A stretch of DNA of 64,000 bases from Centroscyllium fabricii (lineage: Eukaryota). How positions within the stretch are numbered: position 1 is the stretch's first letter; the number at the start of each line of letters is the position of its first letter. Under the pieces are notes generated by a model. The model was not told where the DNA came from. It saw only the letters and a program-made list of their open reading frames with translations, and made no database searches. This document shows, piece by piece, positions 12,701 through 24,959 of this stretch. Location of the stretch: NCBI GenBank assembly GCA_051313645.2, contig JBNRSN020000023.1:51460001-51524000 (forward strand), written 5' to 3'. The position numbers and the translations under genes were made by a program.

Positions 12701-14175
12701 CAAACTAGGAGGGGGGGCAGGCTCTGAAGAGGGTGTCAGGAAGCTACAGGGCGATTTGGATAAGTTGGGGGACTGGGCAGATAGATGGCAGATGCACTAT
12801 AATGTGGATAAATGTGAGGTTATCCACTTTGGGGGCAAAAACAGGAGGGCAGATTACTACTTAAATGGCAATAGATTGGGAGATGGGGAGGTGCAGAGAG
12901 ACCTAGGTGTTCTTGTACACCAGTCGCTGAAGGCGAGCACGCAGGTGCAGCAGGCAGTTGGGAAGGCAAATGGTATGTTGGCCTTCATATCAAGAGGGTT
13001 CGAGTATCGGAATAAGGATACCTTACTGCAGCTGTACAAGGCACTGGTGAGACCACACCTCGAGTATTGTGTACAGTTCTGGTCGCCTAGCCTGAGGAAG
13101 GATGTTCTTGCCATGGAAGGAGTGCAGCGGCGTTTCACCAGGCTGATTCCTGGAATGGCAGGAATGACCTACGAAGAGAGATTGTGTAGTCTGGGCTTGT
13201 ACTCGTTGGAGTTTAGAAGATTGAGAGGCGATCTCATTGAGACGTATAAAATTCTGAAAGGACTGGACAGGCTAGATTCAGAGAGAATGTTTCCAATGAC
13301 GGGGGAGTCCAGAACCAGGGGCCACAGTCTAAGGATAAGGGGTAAACCATTTAGGACAGACATGAGGAAGAATTTCTTCACTCAGAGAGTGGTGGGCCTG
13401 TGGAATTCCCTGCCACAGAGGGCGGTGGAGGCCAGTTCATTAAACATATTCAAGAGGGAATTGGATATATTTCTTCAAGCTAAAGGGATTAAAGGTTATG
13501 GAGAAAAGGCGGGGACGGGGTACTAGCTTGCTAAAGATCAGCCATGATCTCATTGAATGGCGGAGCAGGCTCGAAGGGCTGAATGGCCTACTCCTGCTCC
13601 TATCTTCTATGATTCTATGAATACTGCGTACAGTTTTGGTGTCCATACTTAAGAAAGGACATACTCGCTCTCGAGTCGGTACAAAGAAGGTTCACTCGGT
13701 TAATCCCAGGGATGAAGGGTTGGACATATGAGGAGAGGTTGAGTAGATTGGGACTCTACTCATTGGAGTTCAGAAGAATAAGGGGCGATCTTATTGAAAC
13801 ATATAAGATTGTGAAGGGTTGGATCGGGTGGACGCAGGGAGGATGTTCCCAATGATGGGTGAAACTAGAACTAGGGGGCATAATCTTAGAATAAGGGGCT
13901 GCTCTTTCAAAACTGAGATGAGGAGAAACTACTTCACTCAGAGGGTAGTAGGTCCATGGAACATGCTACCCAAAAAAGCTGTAGAAGCTACATCATTACA
14001 TAAATTTAAAACAGAAATAGACAGCTTCCTAGAAGTAAAAGGGATTAAGGGTTACGGGGAGCGGGCAGGAATTTGGACATGAGTCTAGGTTCAGATCGGT
14101 CATGGCCCTGTGAGTAGTGGAGCGGGCCCAGGGACCGTGTAGCCTGATCCTGCTCCTATTTCGTGTGTCTAATTC
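9785..14175 (+). mobile_element. 5'-truncated CR1 LINE split by a second CR1
   Basis: RT reads ..KFADDTK..LVRPHL up to 10210 and resumes as EYCVQFW at 13620. Confidence 0.85.
10211..13619 (+). mobile_element. CR1 LINE: SGNH-esterase ORF1 remnant + ORF2 (APE endonuclease, RT) with one frameshift near 12077
   Basis: VHIGIND..DGLHL esterase motifs (10215-10577); YLNARS, ITETW, GDFN, SDH APE motifs (10649-); [19 protein letters not shown] motifs (12162-13526); (TTCTATGA) tail. Confidence 0.95.
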
Positions 14176-15728
14176 TGTTAGATTCAGAAGATGGTTCTGT
14201 GATAGAAACATAGAAGCATAGAAGATAGGAGCAGGAGTCGGCCCTTCGAGCCTGCTCCGCCATTCAATGAGATCATGGCTGATCATCCAAACCCAGTACC
14301 CTGTCCCTGCCTTCTCCCCATATCGCTTGATCCCTATCGAGCCTGCACTGACACAAATCCACCCTATCCCCGGATTGGTGGTTAAGATCAGATCAGCCAT
14401 GATCTTATTGAATGGCGGAGCAGGCTCGAGGGGCCGATTGGCCTACTCCTGCTCCTATTTCTTATATTCTTATGATTCGAACCCAGGATACTTCCAGCTC
14501 CATCAAGCCGGACTTCTGAAGGTGGATCTGCTGTCAACAGGCATTACAGGATGCTGGGGCTGCCTTTTGTTTTTGCCAGCCAGCAGTGTGCTGAGCTCTC
14601 AGGCCACCTGTACAGGCCAACAGTGCCAATGGATTGTATTCCTGCCCTGCACACACCTTTCCCCAACCTAGGGGGAGATCCGCAGATGAAAAAGAAACAG
14701 TTGTAATTGCACAACCTGAACAATGTTGAATGAGCCGTCGTTTTCAGTGAGTCCGCTGGTACAGCCAGGTGATGAACCCCAAGCTGCAGCCTCACCGCAC
14801 CATCAGTCCCACGGCAGAAGCGTCCCTAAGATTGACTCCCGCTGGTTTCACCAGTTTGACTTTGCATTGTTTCACTGCTGTGTCTCTCACAACCACACTT
14901 TAGGAAGACTGTCAAGGCCTTGGAGAGGGTGCGGAGGAGATTTACCAGAATGGTACCAGGGATGAGGGACTTCAGTTACGTAGAAAGACTGGAGAAGCTG
15001 GGATTGTTCTCCTTCGAGCAGAGAAGGTTAAGAGGAGATTTAAGAATATAAGAAATAGGAGCAGGAGTCGGCCATTTGGCCCTTCGAGCCTGCTCCGCCA
15101 TTCAATAAGATCATGGCTGATCTTCTACCGCATCTCCACTTTCCTGCCCTATTCCCCTATAGAAACATAGAAAATAGGTGCAGGAGTAGACCATTCGGCC
15201 AATCGAGCCTGCACCACCATTCAATACGTTCATGGCTGAACATGCTACATCAATACCCCGTTCCTGCTTTCTCGCCATATCCCTTGATCCCCCTAGTTGT
15301 AAGTATTACATCTAACTCCCTTTTGAATATATTTAGTGAACTGGCCTCAACAACTTTCTGTGGTAGAGAATTCCACAGGTTCACCACTCTCTGGGTGAAG
15401 AAGTTTCTCCTCATCCCGGTCCTAATCTATCCCTTGATTCCCTTAATATCCAAAAATCTATCGATCTCTGTCTTGAATATACTCAACGACTGAGCCACCA
15501 CAGCCCCCTGGGATAGAGAATTCCAAAGATTCACCGCCCTCTGAGTGAAGAAATTTCTCCTCATCTCAGTCCTAAATGGCCGACCCCTTATTCTGAGACT
15601 GTGACCCCTGGTTCTAGACTCTCCAGCCAGGGGAAACAACCTCCCTGCATTTACCCTGTCAATCCCTGTAAGAATTTTGTCTGTTTCAATGAGATCACCT
15701 CTCATTCTTCTAAACTCCAGAGAATATA

Positions 15729-15883
15729 TGTAAGAAGTCACACAACACCAGGTTATAGTCCAACAGTTTTATTTGAAATCACAAGCTTTCAAATGTGATT
15801 TCAAATAAAACTGTTGGACTATAACCTGGTGTTGTGTGACTTCTTACATTTGTCCACCCAAGTCCAACACTGGCACCTCCACA
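15729..15883. mobile_element. Short palindromic Penelope-tail-like insertion in a CR1
   Basis: 56-bp perfect inverted arms (15728-15783 / 15794-15849); TSD CCAGAGAATATA. Confidence 0.75.
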
Positions 15884-16068
15884 CCAGAGAATATAGGCCT
15901 AGTCTACTCAATCTCTCCTCATAGGACAGCCCCCCATCCCAGGAACCAGTCTGGTGAAGCTTCATTGCACTCCCTCTATGGCAAATATATCCTTCCTTAG
16001 GTAAGAAGACCAAAACTGTACACAAGTAACGATTTGTGCTGATTGTATTTTTGTTGCCTTTTCTGCAG

Positions 16069-16147
16069 GGTGTTCTTGCGGGCAATCAATCAGTTTGCGG
16101 CAGTCCTCAACAAGCTGTTCCTGGACCAGGCAAACTTTGAGTTGCAG
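16069..16147 (+). CDS. DOCK5: DOCK5 exon (VFLRAINQFAAVLNKLFLDQANFELQ)
   Basis: ttctgcag / gtgagt, 79 nt, phase compatible with neighbours. Confidence 0.95.
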
Positions 16148-16242
16148 GTGAGTCAGTATTTTCTCATGGAATAAAGTACTCATTTCAGACGACACATTTC
16201 GGCAGGAATATGACAACAGTTGGCATGGTATTCCCTTGCAAG

Positions 16243-17268
16243 ATTAGAGGGCCAATACTCGGGTTGGAGACCGGTCACCAGTGGGGTGCCACAGGGGTCG
16301 GTGTTGGGGCCACTACTATTTGTAATCTTTATCAATGACTTGGAGGAGGGGACTGAGGGGTGGGTCAGCAAATTTGCAGATGACACAAAGATTGGGGGAG
16401 TAGTGGATGAGGAGGAAGGAAGTAGAAGGATTCAGAGGGATATAGATAGGATGCAGAGCTGAGCTGAAGAATGGCAAATGGAGTTCAACACGGGGAAATG
16501 CGAGGTGATGCACTTTGGTAGGGCAAATAGGAATAGGGAATATAGGGTCAACGGCAGGGTCCTGAGCGAAGCAGAGGAGCAAAGGGATCTGGGAGTATAT
16601 GTACACAGATCATTGAAGGCTGCCACCCAGGTGGACAAGGCAGTAAAAAAGGCCTATGGTGTATTGGCCTTCATCAACAGGGGAATAGAGTTTAAGAACC
16701 GGGAGGTCATGCTACAGCTGTACAGGTCACTGGTGAGACCACACTTGGAGTACTGTGTACAGTTCTGGGCACTGTACTACAGGAGGGATGTGGAGGCGTT
16801 GGAGAGGGTACAGAGGAGATTCACCAGGATGCTGCCGGGAATGGGGGGAAAGTCGTATGAGGAGAGGTTGAGGGAGCTGGGACTCTTCTCCCTGGAACGG
16901 AGAAGGAAGAGGGGGGACTTAATAGAGATGTTTAAGATGATGAAGGGGATCGATAGAGTAAACGTGCAGAGACTGTTTCCCCGGGTGGGAAGAACGACAA
17001 CAAGAGGGCACGAGCACAAGATTCAAGGAGGAAGATTCAGAAGGGATGGCAGGGGCAAGTTCTTTACACAGAGAGTGGTCGGGGAGTGGAATAGGCTACC
17101 ATCTGAAATAGTGGATGTGGACAGTCTGGGTGCTTTTAAAAGGATGATAGATAGGTACATGGAGGGGAAGGAAGAGTAGGGGGGACAGGAAAAATCAGAG
17201 AAGGACTAAGCGCGGCACTACATTGAGGGCCCAAGGGGTTGTACAGTGCTGTATGTTCTATGTTGTAT
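16243..17268 (+). mobile_element. 5'-truncated CR1 LINE (RT C-half, one in-frame stop)
   Basis: ORFs 16220..16462 and 16478..17179 with [23 protein letters not shown]. Confidence 0.92.
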
Positions 17269-17884
17269 ATGGCTCCTGTGCTGGCAGCTCCCTAGGGAGC
17301 TCCTTTGCCATCCTTGGCCATCCGTTGCCATCCTTTCCTCTTTTTCCCCCCAGTCTCCTCTCTTCTGCTGTTTAAGTTCCCCTGGCTCTAAGAGTGGGTG
17401 CATTTTATCTCTATCTGCAAGTTCAAGCTGCAAGGTTAAAGTTAGCTGAGCCCCCTGCCCATCCCCCGACCATGCCGGTTCTTTGTTCTCAGTGAGCACT
17501 GGCTCTTCACTTCAACTTACCTCCCAAATTCCCAGACACCTCTGCCGTCAAGACGACGCTTCTCCACTAGACTAGTGATCTAGTGACTAGTGGAGTTCAG
17601 GGCCAGGAATCACGAGAATATCCGTGCTAATTTGATCCTGCGACAGAATCATTCATGTCCGAGACTGGGACCCAGGAGCAAGAATGAGCCCAGCAGCGAG
17701 GTCAAGGCCCAGGAGTGGCGCAGCGTGGACCAGCAGCGGGGTCGGGGCCCAGGGAAGGTGCGGCATGGGCCAACAGCGAGGTCGGGAGGACCACAATGCA
17801 TCCTACGAAACCCAGGCAGAGAGGACCTGTGGGAAGGAGGGAGGAGGACAGGAGGAGTATGTTTGTGTGTGTGTGCTAGGCCGT

Positions 17885-18070
17885 TGTAGCAGAGCCTGGT
17901 CTCCAATCGTCTTGGATCCACTTGCCATTGGACCAAGACCTTGCTCTGTCAAGCCCGTGCGGTAGCTGGTGTGCAACGGCCACCCCACGTTAAAAGAATT
18001 CACGCACGGGCCTCGTCCACCCTTTAAAATGAAGTTCGGGACCCGGAACGTCAGGACCCTCATGGACAAA
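17885..18070 (+). mobile_element. RTE-clade LINE 5' fragment
   Basis: MKFGT(R/W)NVRTLMD endonuclease start motif at about 18028-18068. Confidence 0.55.
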
Positions 18071-19070
18071 GAGACTGTAGGTCCCGCATTGGACTCATCA
18101 GTCACCTGAGAACTCATTTTCGATGTGGAAGCAAGTCATCCTCGGTTCCAAGGGACTGCCTAAGAGAGAGAGAGATCACCTTGAATTCAGCTAAAATTGT
18201 TGCAATGTATTTCACTAAAGGAAGGAAGGGGAAAGAAACTGCCAAGCAGGACTTGATTGGGGTGAGATGAAGAGGCTCGTGTGGGGCATAAACCAGTTGG
18301 GCCGAATGGCCTGTTTCTGTGCTGTGCGCTCGTTGTAATTCTATGAATGCATGGGGATGACCATCCCTCTGTCCCACCATCAGTGGCAGACCCTCCAGCT
18401 ATCTTGCCCCTGCATTCTGGATCTCCCTTCCTAAAGCTCCCTGCCTTGCTACACCTTTCCTCGCCCTCAATAGCAGGACAGTCCCGTGATCCGTTCATGG
18501 CCTGTGCCAGGAGAATAGAGCAGAAATTAGGGGTTTTCGTTTTTTGTATAAGGTCGCATTGAAAATGAGTAATTGAATCAGAGTGTGCATCTTACTGTAC
18601 AGTTCCAGGTTACACAACATTTTATATTTATTCATTCATGGGATGTGGGCACAGCCAGCATTTATTGCCCATCCCTAGTTGCCCATAACTGACTGGCTTG
18701 CTAGACCATTTACAAGTCTGCAGTGTGTACCATCTACAAGATGCACTGCAGCAACTCGCCAAGGCTTCTTCGGCAGCACCTCCCAAACCCGCGACCTCTT
18801 CCACCTAGAAGGACAAGGGCAGCAGATGCATGAACACCACCACCTCCAAGTTCCCCTCCAAGTCACACAACATCCTGACTTGGAAGTATATCAGCCGATC
18901 CTTCAACGTCACTGGGTCAAAATCTTGGAACTCCCTCCCTAACAGCACTGTGGGAGCACCTTCACCACACGGACTGCAGCAGTTCAAGAAGGCGGCTCAC
19001 CACCACCTTCTCGAGGGCAATTAGGGATGGGCAATAAATGCTGGCCTTGCCAACGATGCCCACATCCCAT

Positions 19071-19567
19071 TGTTAACTCACTCACTCTGTGAGGAGGACC
19101 CACCCTCCTGGGGGTCTGGGTTCTTATTTAGGAGACTAACACGTCGGTCAGTCTGTCACTTTCTCAGTAATACACAAAGTCAGAGACTGTAAAATAATTA
19201 AAGTTTATTACCCAGTACCGGTACTTCACTCTGAGAGACCCCTTGTGTTTGCACACAAGCATAGCAATCCAGAAGTGCACGCCGCTCGCTCTGGGACTGC
19301 AATTATTTATATAATACATAAATGCAAAAGACCTTGCAAAAAGATTAAACGTACATGTTCAGCGAATAATTCTGAAAAATGAAACCAACCAATAAAAAAA
19401 AAACAGAGACAGCAAAAACCAAATTAAATGTCAACATCTTGTGTTGACTCTTCCTTATCTTCGCAGCTGCAATATTGTTATGTTTCTATATTTTACCTCT
19501 TTGCTTCCAACCTTTTAAGCCATGTCAAACTAGAATAAAGCAATCGAGAATTAGCCAAAGTTTATCA
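19071..19567 (-). mobile_element. Solo LTR (497 bp)
   Basis: TG...CA termini, 4-bp TSD CCAT, interrupts a repeat tail; minus-strand TATA-like (about 19310) and AATAAA (about 19204) in U3-R-U5 order. Confidence 0.75.
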
Positions 19568-19989
19568 CCATAAGCGAATAAAAAAAAAAGTCAACCACAT
19601 CGCTGTGGGTCTGGAGTCACATATAGGCCAGACCAGGTAAGGACGGCAGATTTTCTTCCCTGAAGGACATTAGTGAACCTGATGGATTTTTGCAACAACT
19701 CAGCAGTTACATAATCATCATTATTGATTTCGGATTTATTTAGTAACTGAATTTAAATTTGCCAGTGGGATTTGAACGACATGGATCATTAGTTCAGGCC
19801 TATGGATTACTAGTCCAGTAACATAACCGCTATGCTACTGTTCACTTGCATATAGAGGGCATGTTAGTGGCGTGGTTACGTTACTGGCCAAGTAATCAAG
19901 AGGCTGTTCCAATAACCCAGAGAATGTGAGTGCAAAGCGCAGTTTGAGAATTTGAATTCAATGTTAAAAATCTGGAAATAAAAAGCTAG

Positions 19990-20663
19990 TACAGGTTGAG
20001 CACCGGTAATCCGGCATCCGATGGTCCGGCACCTGCAGTGGTCTGGCACGAATTGAAACCGGCGGTCTTCAGTTTGCGGAGCAGCCGCTCGGTGGCGCCA
20101 CTGTTTCCCGCTGTGAAGCATATAAATTTATTTTTCAAAAAATTACATTTTTGATTTAAATATTTAATTAAATGCCATTTTAATTCATTTTAAATATGTG
20201 ATTATTTTTATTTATTTGATGTCTAGGTGTATTTTCTGGGGTCTTCCAATTCATACTTATGGGGTTTCCATACATACGGAATACCGATAAGAATGAATGG
20301 GGATTCCCTTCTCTCATTTGTTAGGCCGGCCCACGTGATCCCAGGGACGCTCGCGAACCTCCTGCACCCCGGGAAACGTGGGCCTCTACCCGCCAGCACC
20401 CGGAGAGTCCCAGGAACGCGAATCTCCGTACCTCCTGGACCACCAGGTAGGCGGGCAATTTATTTGTGGATCGGCGGCATTTCCCCGCGGGAAGCCTCTG
20501 ACCACAAATTCAGCCCCATCGATTATCTCTGCCATTCCCTCACTCTGAAGTACAAGATCGGTCTGCTAATCAGTAAGTTTTCAACCTTCAGTGGTTCGGA
20601 ATTTTCAGTGGTCCGGCACCGGGTTGGTCCCGAGGGTGCCGGATTACCGGTGCTCAACCTGTA
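19990..20663. mobile_element. Tigger-like MITE inside a SINE
   Basis: TA TSD, TIR CAGGTTGAGCACCGGTAATCCGGCA; near-identical inverted copy at 54967-55646. Confidence 0.88.
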
Positions 20664-21049
20664 TCAGTAAAAGTGACCATTGAAGCCGTCGGTAAAAACC
20701 CAATTGGTTCACTAATGTCCCTTAGGGAAGGAAACCTGCCGTCTTTAGCTGGTCTGGGCCTACCTGTGGCTCCAGTCCCATGCCAATGTGGTTGACTCTT
20801 AACTGCCCTCCGAAGTGGCCGAGCAAGCCATCAAACTCTGGGAACTACGGGCGGGTAATAAATGCCAACCTTGCCAGCGATACCCACACCCCACGAATGA
20901 TTTTTTTTAAGGAAACACAAATCCAGGTTTTGTTCACCTCCAGTTTTTACTCTGGATTCTTCGGCCCAGAATCACTTCAGAATTTTTTTGAGGAAGCTTT
21001 CTCCAAGCCTTTCATCTCCACCATCCCATTTGGAACCTGTCCAGGCGGA

Positions 21050-22514
21050 CAGGATTAAGGTTTGGTGACGAGGGTGTTTGTTGCTTGGCGAACCGACCCC
21101 TGCCGTGCGGAGGCTGAACGCCAACTCTCTGACACCTCCTCCTACCTCCCCCTGGATCATGACCCCACTGCCAAACATCAAGCCACTGTTTCCAAGACTG
21201 TCACTGGCTTCATCTCCTCTGGAGATCTTCCCTCCATGGGTGTCAACCTCATCGTCCCCAAACCCACACAGCCCGCTTCTACCTCCTTCCCAAGATCCAC
21301 AAACAGGGTTGCCCTGGTAGACCCATCGTTTCAGCCTGTTCTTGCCCCATGGAACTGATTTCTTCCTATCTCGACTCTTTTTTCTCCCCTTTTCCAATTT
21401 TTTCCCAGCTACATTTTCCGATGCCTTCCGCCACTTTTAACAGTTTCCAGTTTCCTGGCCTGAACCGTCTCCTTTTCACTGTGGACGTCCATTCCCTCTA
21501 CACCGCCATCCCCCACCAGGATGGCCTGAGGGCGTTCTGCTTCTTCCTTGAACAGAGACCCAACCAGTCCCCATTCACATTGAACAACTTCTCCTTTGAC
21601 TCCAGTCATTTCCTCCAAATTAAAGGTGTTGCTATGGGTACCCGCATGGGTCCTAGCTATGCCTGCCTTTTCGTGGGATATGTGGAACACTCTCTGTTCC
21701 AGTCCTACTTGGGTCCCCTCCCTCACCTCTTTTTCCGGTACATTGATGACTGTATCGGTGCCGTCTCCTGCTCTCGCCCTGAACTAAACAATTTCATTCA
21801 CTTTGCTTCCAACTTCCACCCTTCACTCACCTTCACATGGTCCATCTCCAACTCTTCCCTTCCCTTCCTCGACTTCTCCGTCTCCATCTCTGGGGATAGG
21901 CTATCGACCAACATTCAGTACAAGCCCAGTGACTCCCACAGCTACCTGGACTACTTCCTCCCACCCCGCTTCCTGTAAGGACTCTATTCCATTCTCCCAG
22001 TTTCTCCGTCTCCTCCACATCTGTTCTGATGATGCCACCTTCCACACCAGTGCTTCCGATATGTCTTCCTTTTTCCTCAACCGATGATTCACCTCTACCG
22101 TGGTCGACACGGCCCTTGACCGTGTCCGTTCCATTTCCCGCACTTCTGCCCTCACCCCGGCCCCTCCCTCCCGGAACCACGATAGGGTTCCCCTTCTCAC
22201 CTTTCACTCCACCAGGCTCCACATTCAATGGATCATCTTCCGCCACATCCAACGTGATACCACCACCAAACACATTTTCCCCTCACCTCCACTTTCAGCA
22301 TTCTTTAGAGACCGCTCCCTCCGAGACACCTGGTCCACTCCTCTACCATGCCCAGCACCCCTTCCCCTTCGCCCGGCACCTACCCATGCAAGCGCAGGAG
22401 ATGCAATACCTGCCCTTTTACCTCCTCCCTTCCCACTGTCCAGGGCCCCAAACACTTCTTCCAGGTGAAACAGCGATTTACTTGTACTTCTTGCAATTTA
22501 GTATACTGTATTCG
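21050..22514 (+). mobile_element. Degenerate Penelope-like element (RT, Cys-rich linker, start of GIY-YIG endonuclease)
   Basis: DVHSLYTAIPH, QIKGVAMGTRMGPSYACLF, RYIDDC, IPFSQFLRL, CKRRRCNTC, FTCTSCNLVYCI; multiple frameshifts. Confidence 0.88.
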
Positions 22515-22850
22515 GGGGATAAATTGGGTCGCGCGCCTTTTCTGGTGGTAACCTCGGCGGTGCGCTACTTTTAGCGCCTGCCTGCCGCTGGCACCGTTAC
22601 CGCTGATATTCGGTTGTAGCGCCCATAGTAGGAGGTTGGGTGCTTCTGCAAGCGCACAACTCGTTCTTTAGGCGCTACAACCGAAGTTCCGGGCACTGTG
22701 GCGTGAAGCGACACGCAGCACAGAGTGCCGTGCCACGGTACTGCAGGCCTTCCTCCCCTGATTAAAGGGGAGGGGCCTAGCGCGGTTTCGGCCAGAGCCC
22801 CGCAGGGCCGCCAAGCCGCCGAAGGAGCCCGGCACTCGAGGGAAGTGCCA
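22515..22850. mobile_element. Harbinger-derived non-autonomous fragment
   Basis: Homologous to 55900-56230 and (inverted) to 37430-37755; TTAGCGCC subterminal motifs. Confidence 0.65.
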
Positions 22851-23277
22851 GACTCAGAGGCGAGGGCGCTACCCACTGAGCCACGGCCGATACTGTGACA
22901 AAGGCACTATATAAGTACAAGTTGTTGTTGTTAGTGGGGTCCTGGACAAAATTTATCCCTCAACCAAGACCGCTAAAAACAGATTGTCTGGTCATTTATC
23001 TCATTGCTGTCTGGGTGACTTGTAGCGTGAACATTTGCCATTGCATTATTAACAGCGACTACACTTCAAGACGTGGCTACGATGCACTTTGGGGGCTGAG
23101 GTTGTGAAGGACGCTGCGTACGTGCAAGGCCTTTCTTTGAGCAGTACAACATGGAGAGGGTTGGTGTGGTATTTTGGAACGGTTCCATGAACACTGACCA
23201 GTGCCGAGGTCTGAAGACTCAAACATGTTCTCCTGCTGGCTCCAGATCAGTGATTCAAAGGTTTCCTTTCTTTTCAG

Positions 23278-23378
23278 CTCTGGAACAATTATTTTCACCT
23301 GGCCATCGCATTTCTCGTTCATGACTCGCTGCAGCTGGAGATCTTTTCGAGAGAGAAACGCCACAAAATCGTCAACAA
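23278..23378 (+). CDS. DOCK5: DOCK5 exon ([33 protein letters not shown])
   Basis: ttttcag / gtaatg, 101 nt, [13 protein letters not shown] motif. Confidence 0.95.
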
Positions 23379-23933
23379 GTAATGTTCAGAAAATTAAAAA
23401 ATATAATTAAAAAGCCGTATATTACCCTGTATACCCGCCCCCAAAAATCCAAAACGCTCGCAAATGTAAAAATTAATTAATGCTAATTCTGTCAGGCTAT
23501 TGATTTCCGGGTCAGTTTGGGTCACCAATGGCTCAGGTACTGTGTTGGGCAGTGATAAAGGTTACAGGTCACCTCACCGGTTTGTGCTGAGGTTAGGTAC
23601 GCCCTGACTGTCTCTAGGGATTCGGATGGGGGGAATCGGACAGGGTGCCCGATCCGACTCGTTCTCCAGTAGCCCCTCTTAGTAAGTGTATGGGTGTGGT
23701 CCTTGCTGGAGGGCGAGATCGGAATCGGCTGTGGCAGCACCCACCCCGTGGCCAAATAGCCCGCTGATACTCAGTGACCAGCTTCGCACCTGAAGAATGG
23801 TCACTTTGAGTGAGGTATTGGAGGGCAGCGGGCACCCGGGGATTTGTGACCAGCAAGAGTCACATGGGGAAGGGCGTTCTCTTCAGGGGGCTGGGGGTGA
23901 AGGAATTTGACAAATTCAGTCAGCTACTCTCTC

Positions 23934-24553
23934 TATCTAACCCGTGCTGTACCTGCCCTGGGAGTGTTTGATGGGACAGTGTAGAGGGAGCTTTACTCTG
24001 TATCTAACCCATGCTGTACCTGCCCTGGGTGTGTTTGATGGGACAGTGTAGAGGGAGCTTTACTCTGTATCTAACCCGTGCTGTACCTGCCCTGGGAGTG
24101 TTTGATGGGACAGTGTAGAGGGAGCTTTACTCTGTATCTAACCCGTGCTGTACCTGCCCTGGGAGTGTTTGATGGGACAGTGTAGAGGGAGCTTTACTCT
24201 GTATCTAACCCCGTGCTCTACCTGCCCTGGGAGTGTTAGATTTAACAGTGTCGAGGGAGCTTTACTCTGTATCTAACCCATGCTGTACCTGTCCTGGGTG
24301 TGTTTGATGGGACAGTGTAGAGGGAGCTTTACTCTGTATCTAACCCGTACTGTACCTGCCCTGGGAGTGTTTGATGGGACAGTGTAGAGGGAGCTTTACT
24401 CTGTATCTAACCCACGCTGTGCCTGCCCTGGGAGTGTTTGATGGGACAGTGTAGAGGGAGCTTTACTCTGTATCTAACCCGTGCTCTACCTGCCCTGGGT
24501 GTGTTTGATGGGACAGTGTAGAGGGAGCTTTACCCTGTATCTAACCCATGCTA
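23934..24553. repeat. 67-bp tandem repeat, about 9 copies
   Basis: Unit TATCTAACCCGTGCTGTACCTGCCCTGGGAGTGTTTGATGGGACAGTGTAGAGGGAGCTTTACTCTG. Confidence 0.95.
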
Positions 24554-24734
24554 CACTAAGTCGTGGAAAGCTCAGTTGTAATACTGGGTGCCAAAAATAG
24601 GAAAGTGCTCCATTCCCCAATATTAACATTCCCCATGTGGAGAGCACAAGGAAATATTAAATAAGTAACTAAATGTTGAAGTTTGCTTTGAATCTATCCA
24701 TTGCTTGCACTGAGAGCTAGCGTCTGTTTTGTAG

Positions 24735-24793
24735 ATATGGAGACATGAGGAAAGATATTGGTTTCAAAATAAGGGACATGTGGTACAACCTTG
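24735..24793 (+). CDS. DOCK5: DOCK5 exon (YGDMRKDIGFKIRDMWYNL)
   Basis: ttttgtag / gtgagt, 59 nt, YGDMR..IRDMWYNLG motif. Confidence 0.95.
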
Positions 24794-24959
24794 GTGAGTA
24801 TGAAGCTGGAGCATCTAAACGTTGTGCCATAGCAGAGGTTGAATGTCTAATCACTGCCCCAAGCTAGTGAGATCGCAATCTGAGCCAGGCCACTGAGTGA
24901 TGCCAAGGGAGACTGGACACAGAGAAATAAACTGGCCCCCAATTGCGTTTAAAACAGGT

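Noticed and set aside
20227-20670. 147-aa ORF repeated at 54918-55409 as a possible MITE-encoded gene
   Set aside because: Non-ATG start, runs through the TIR, no recognisable domain; conservation is explained by recent copy identity
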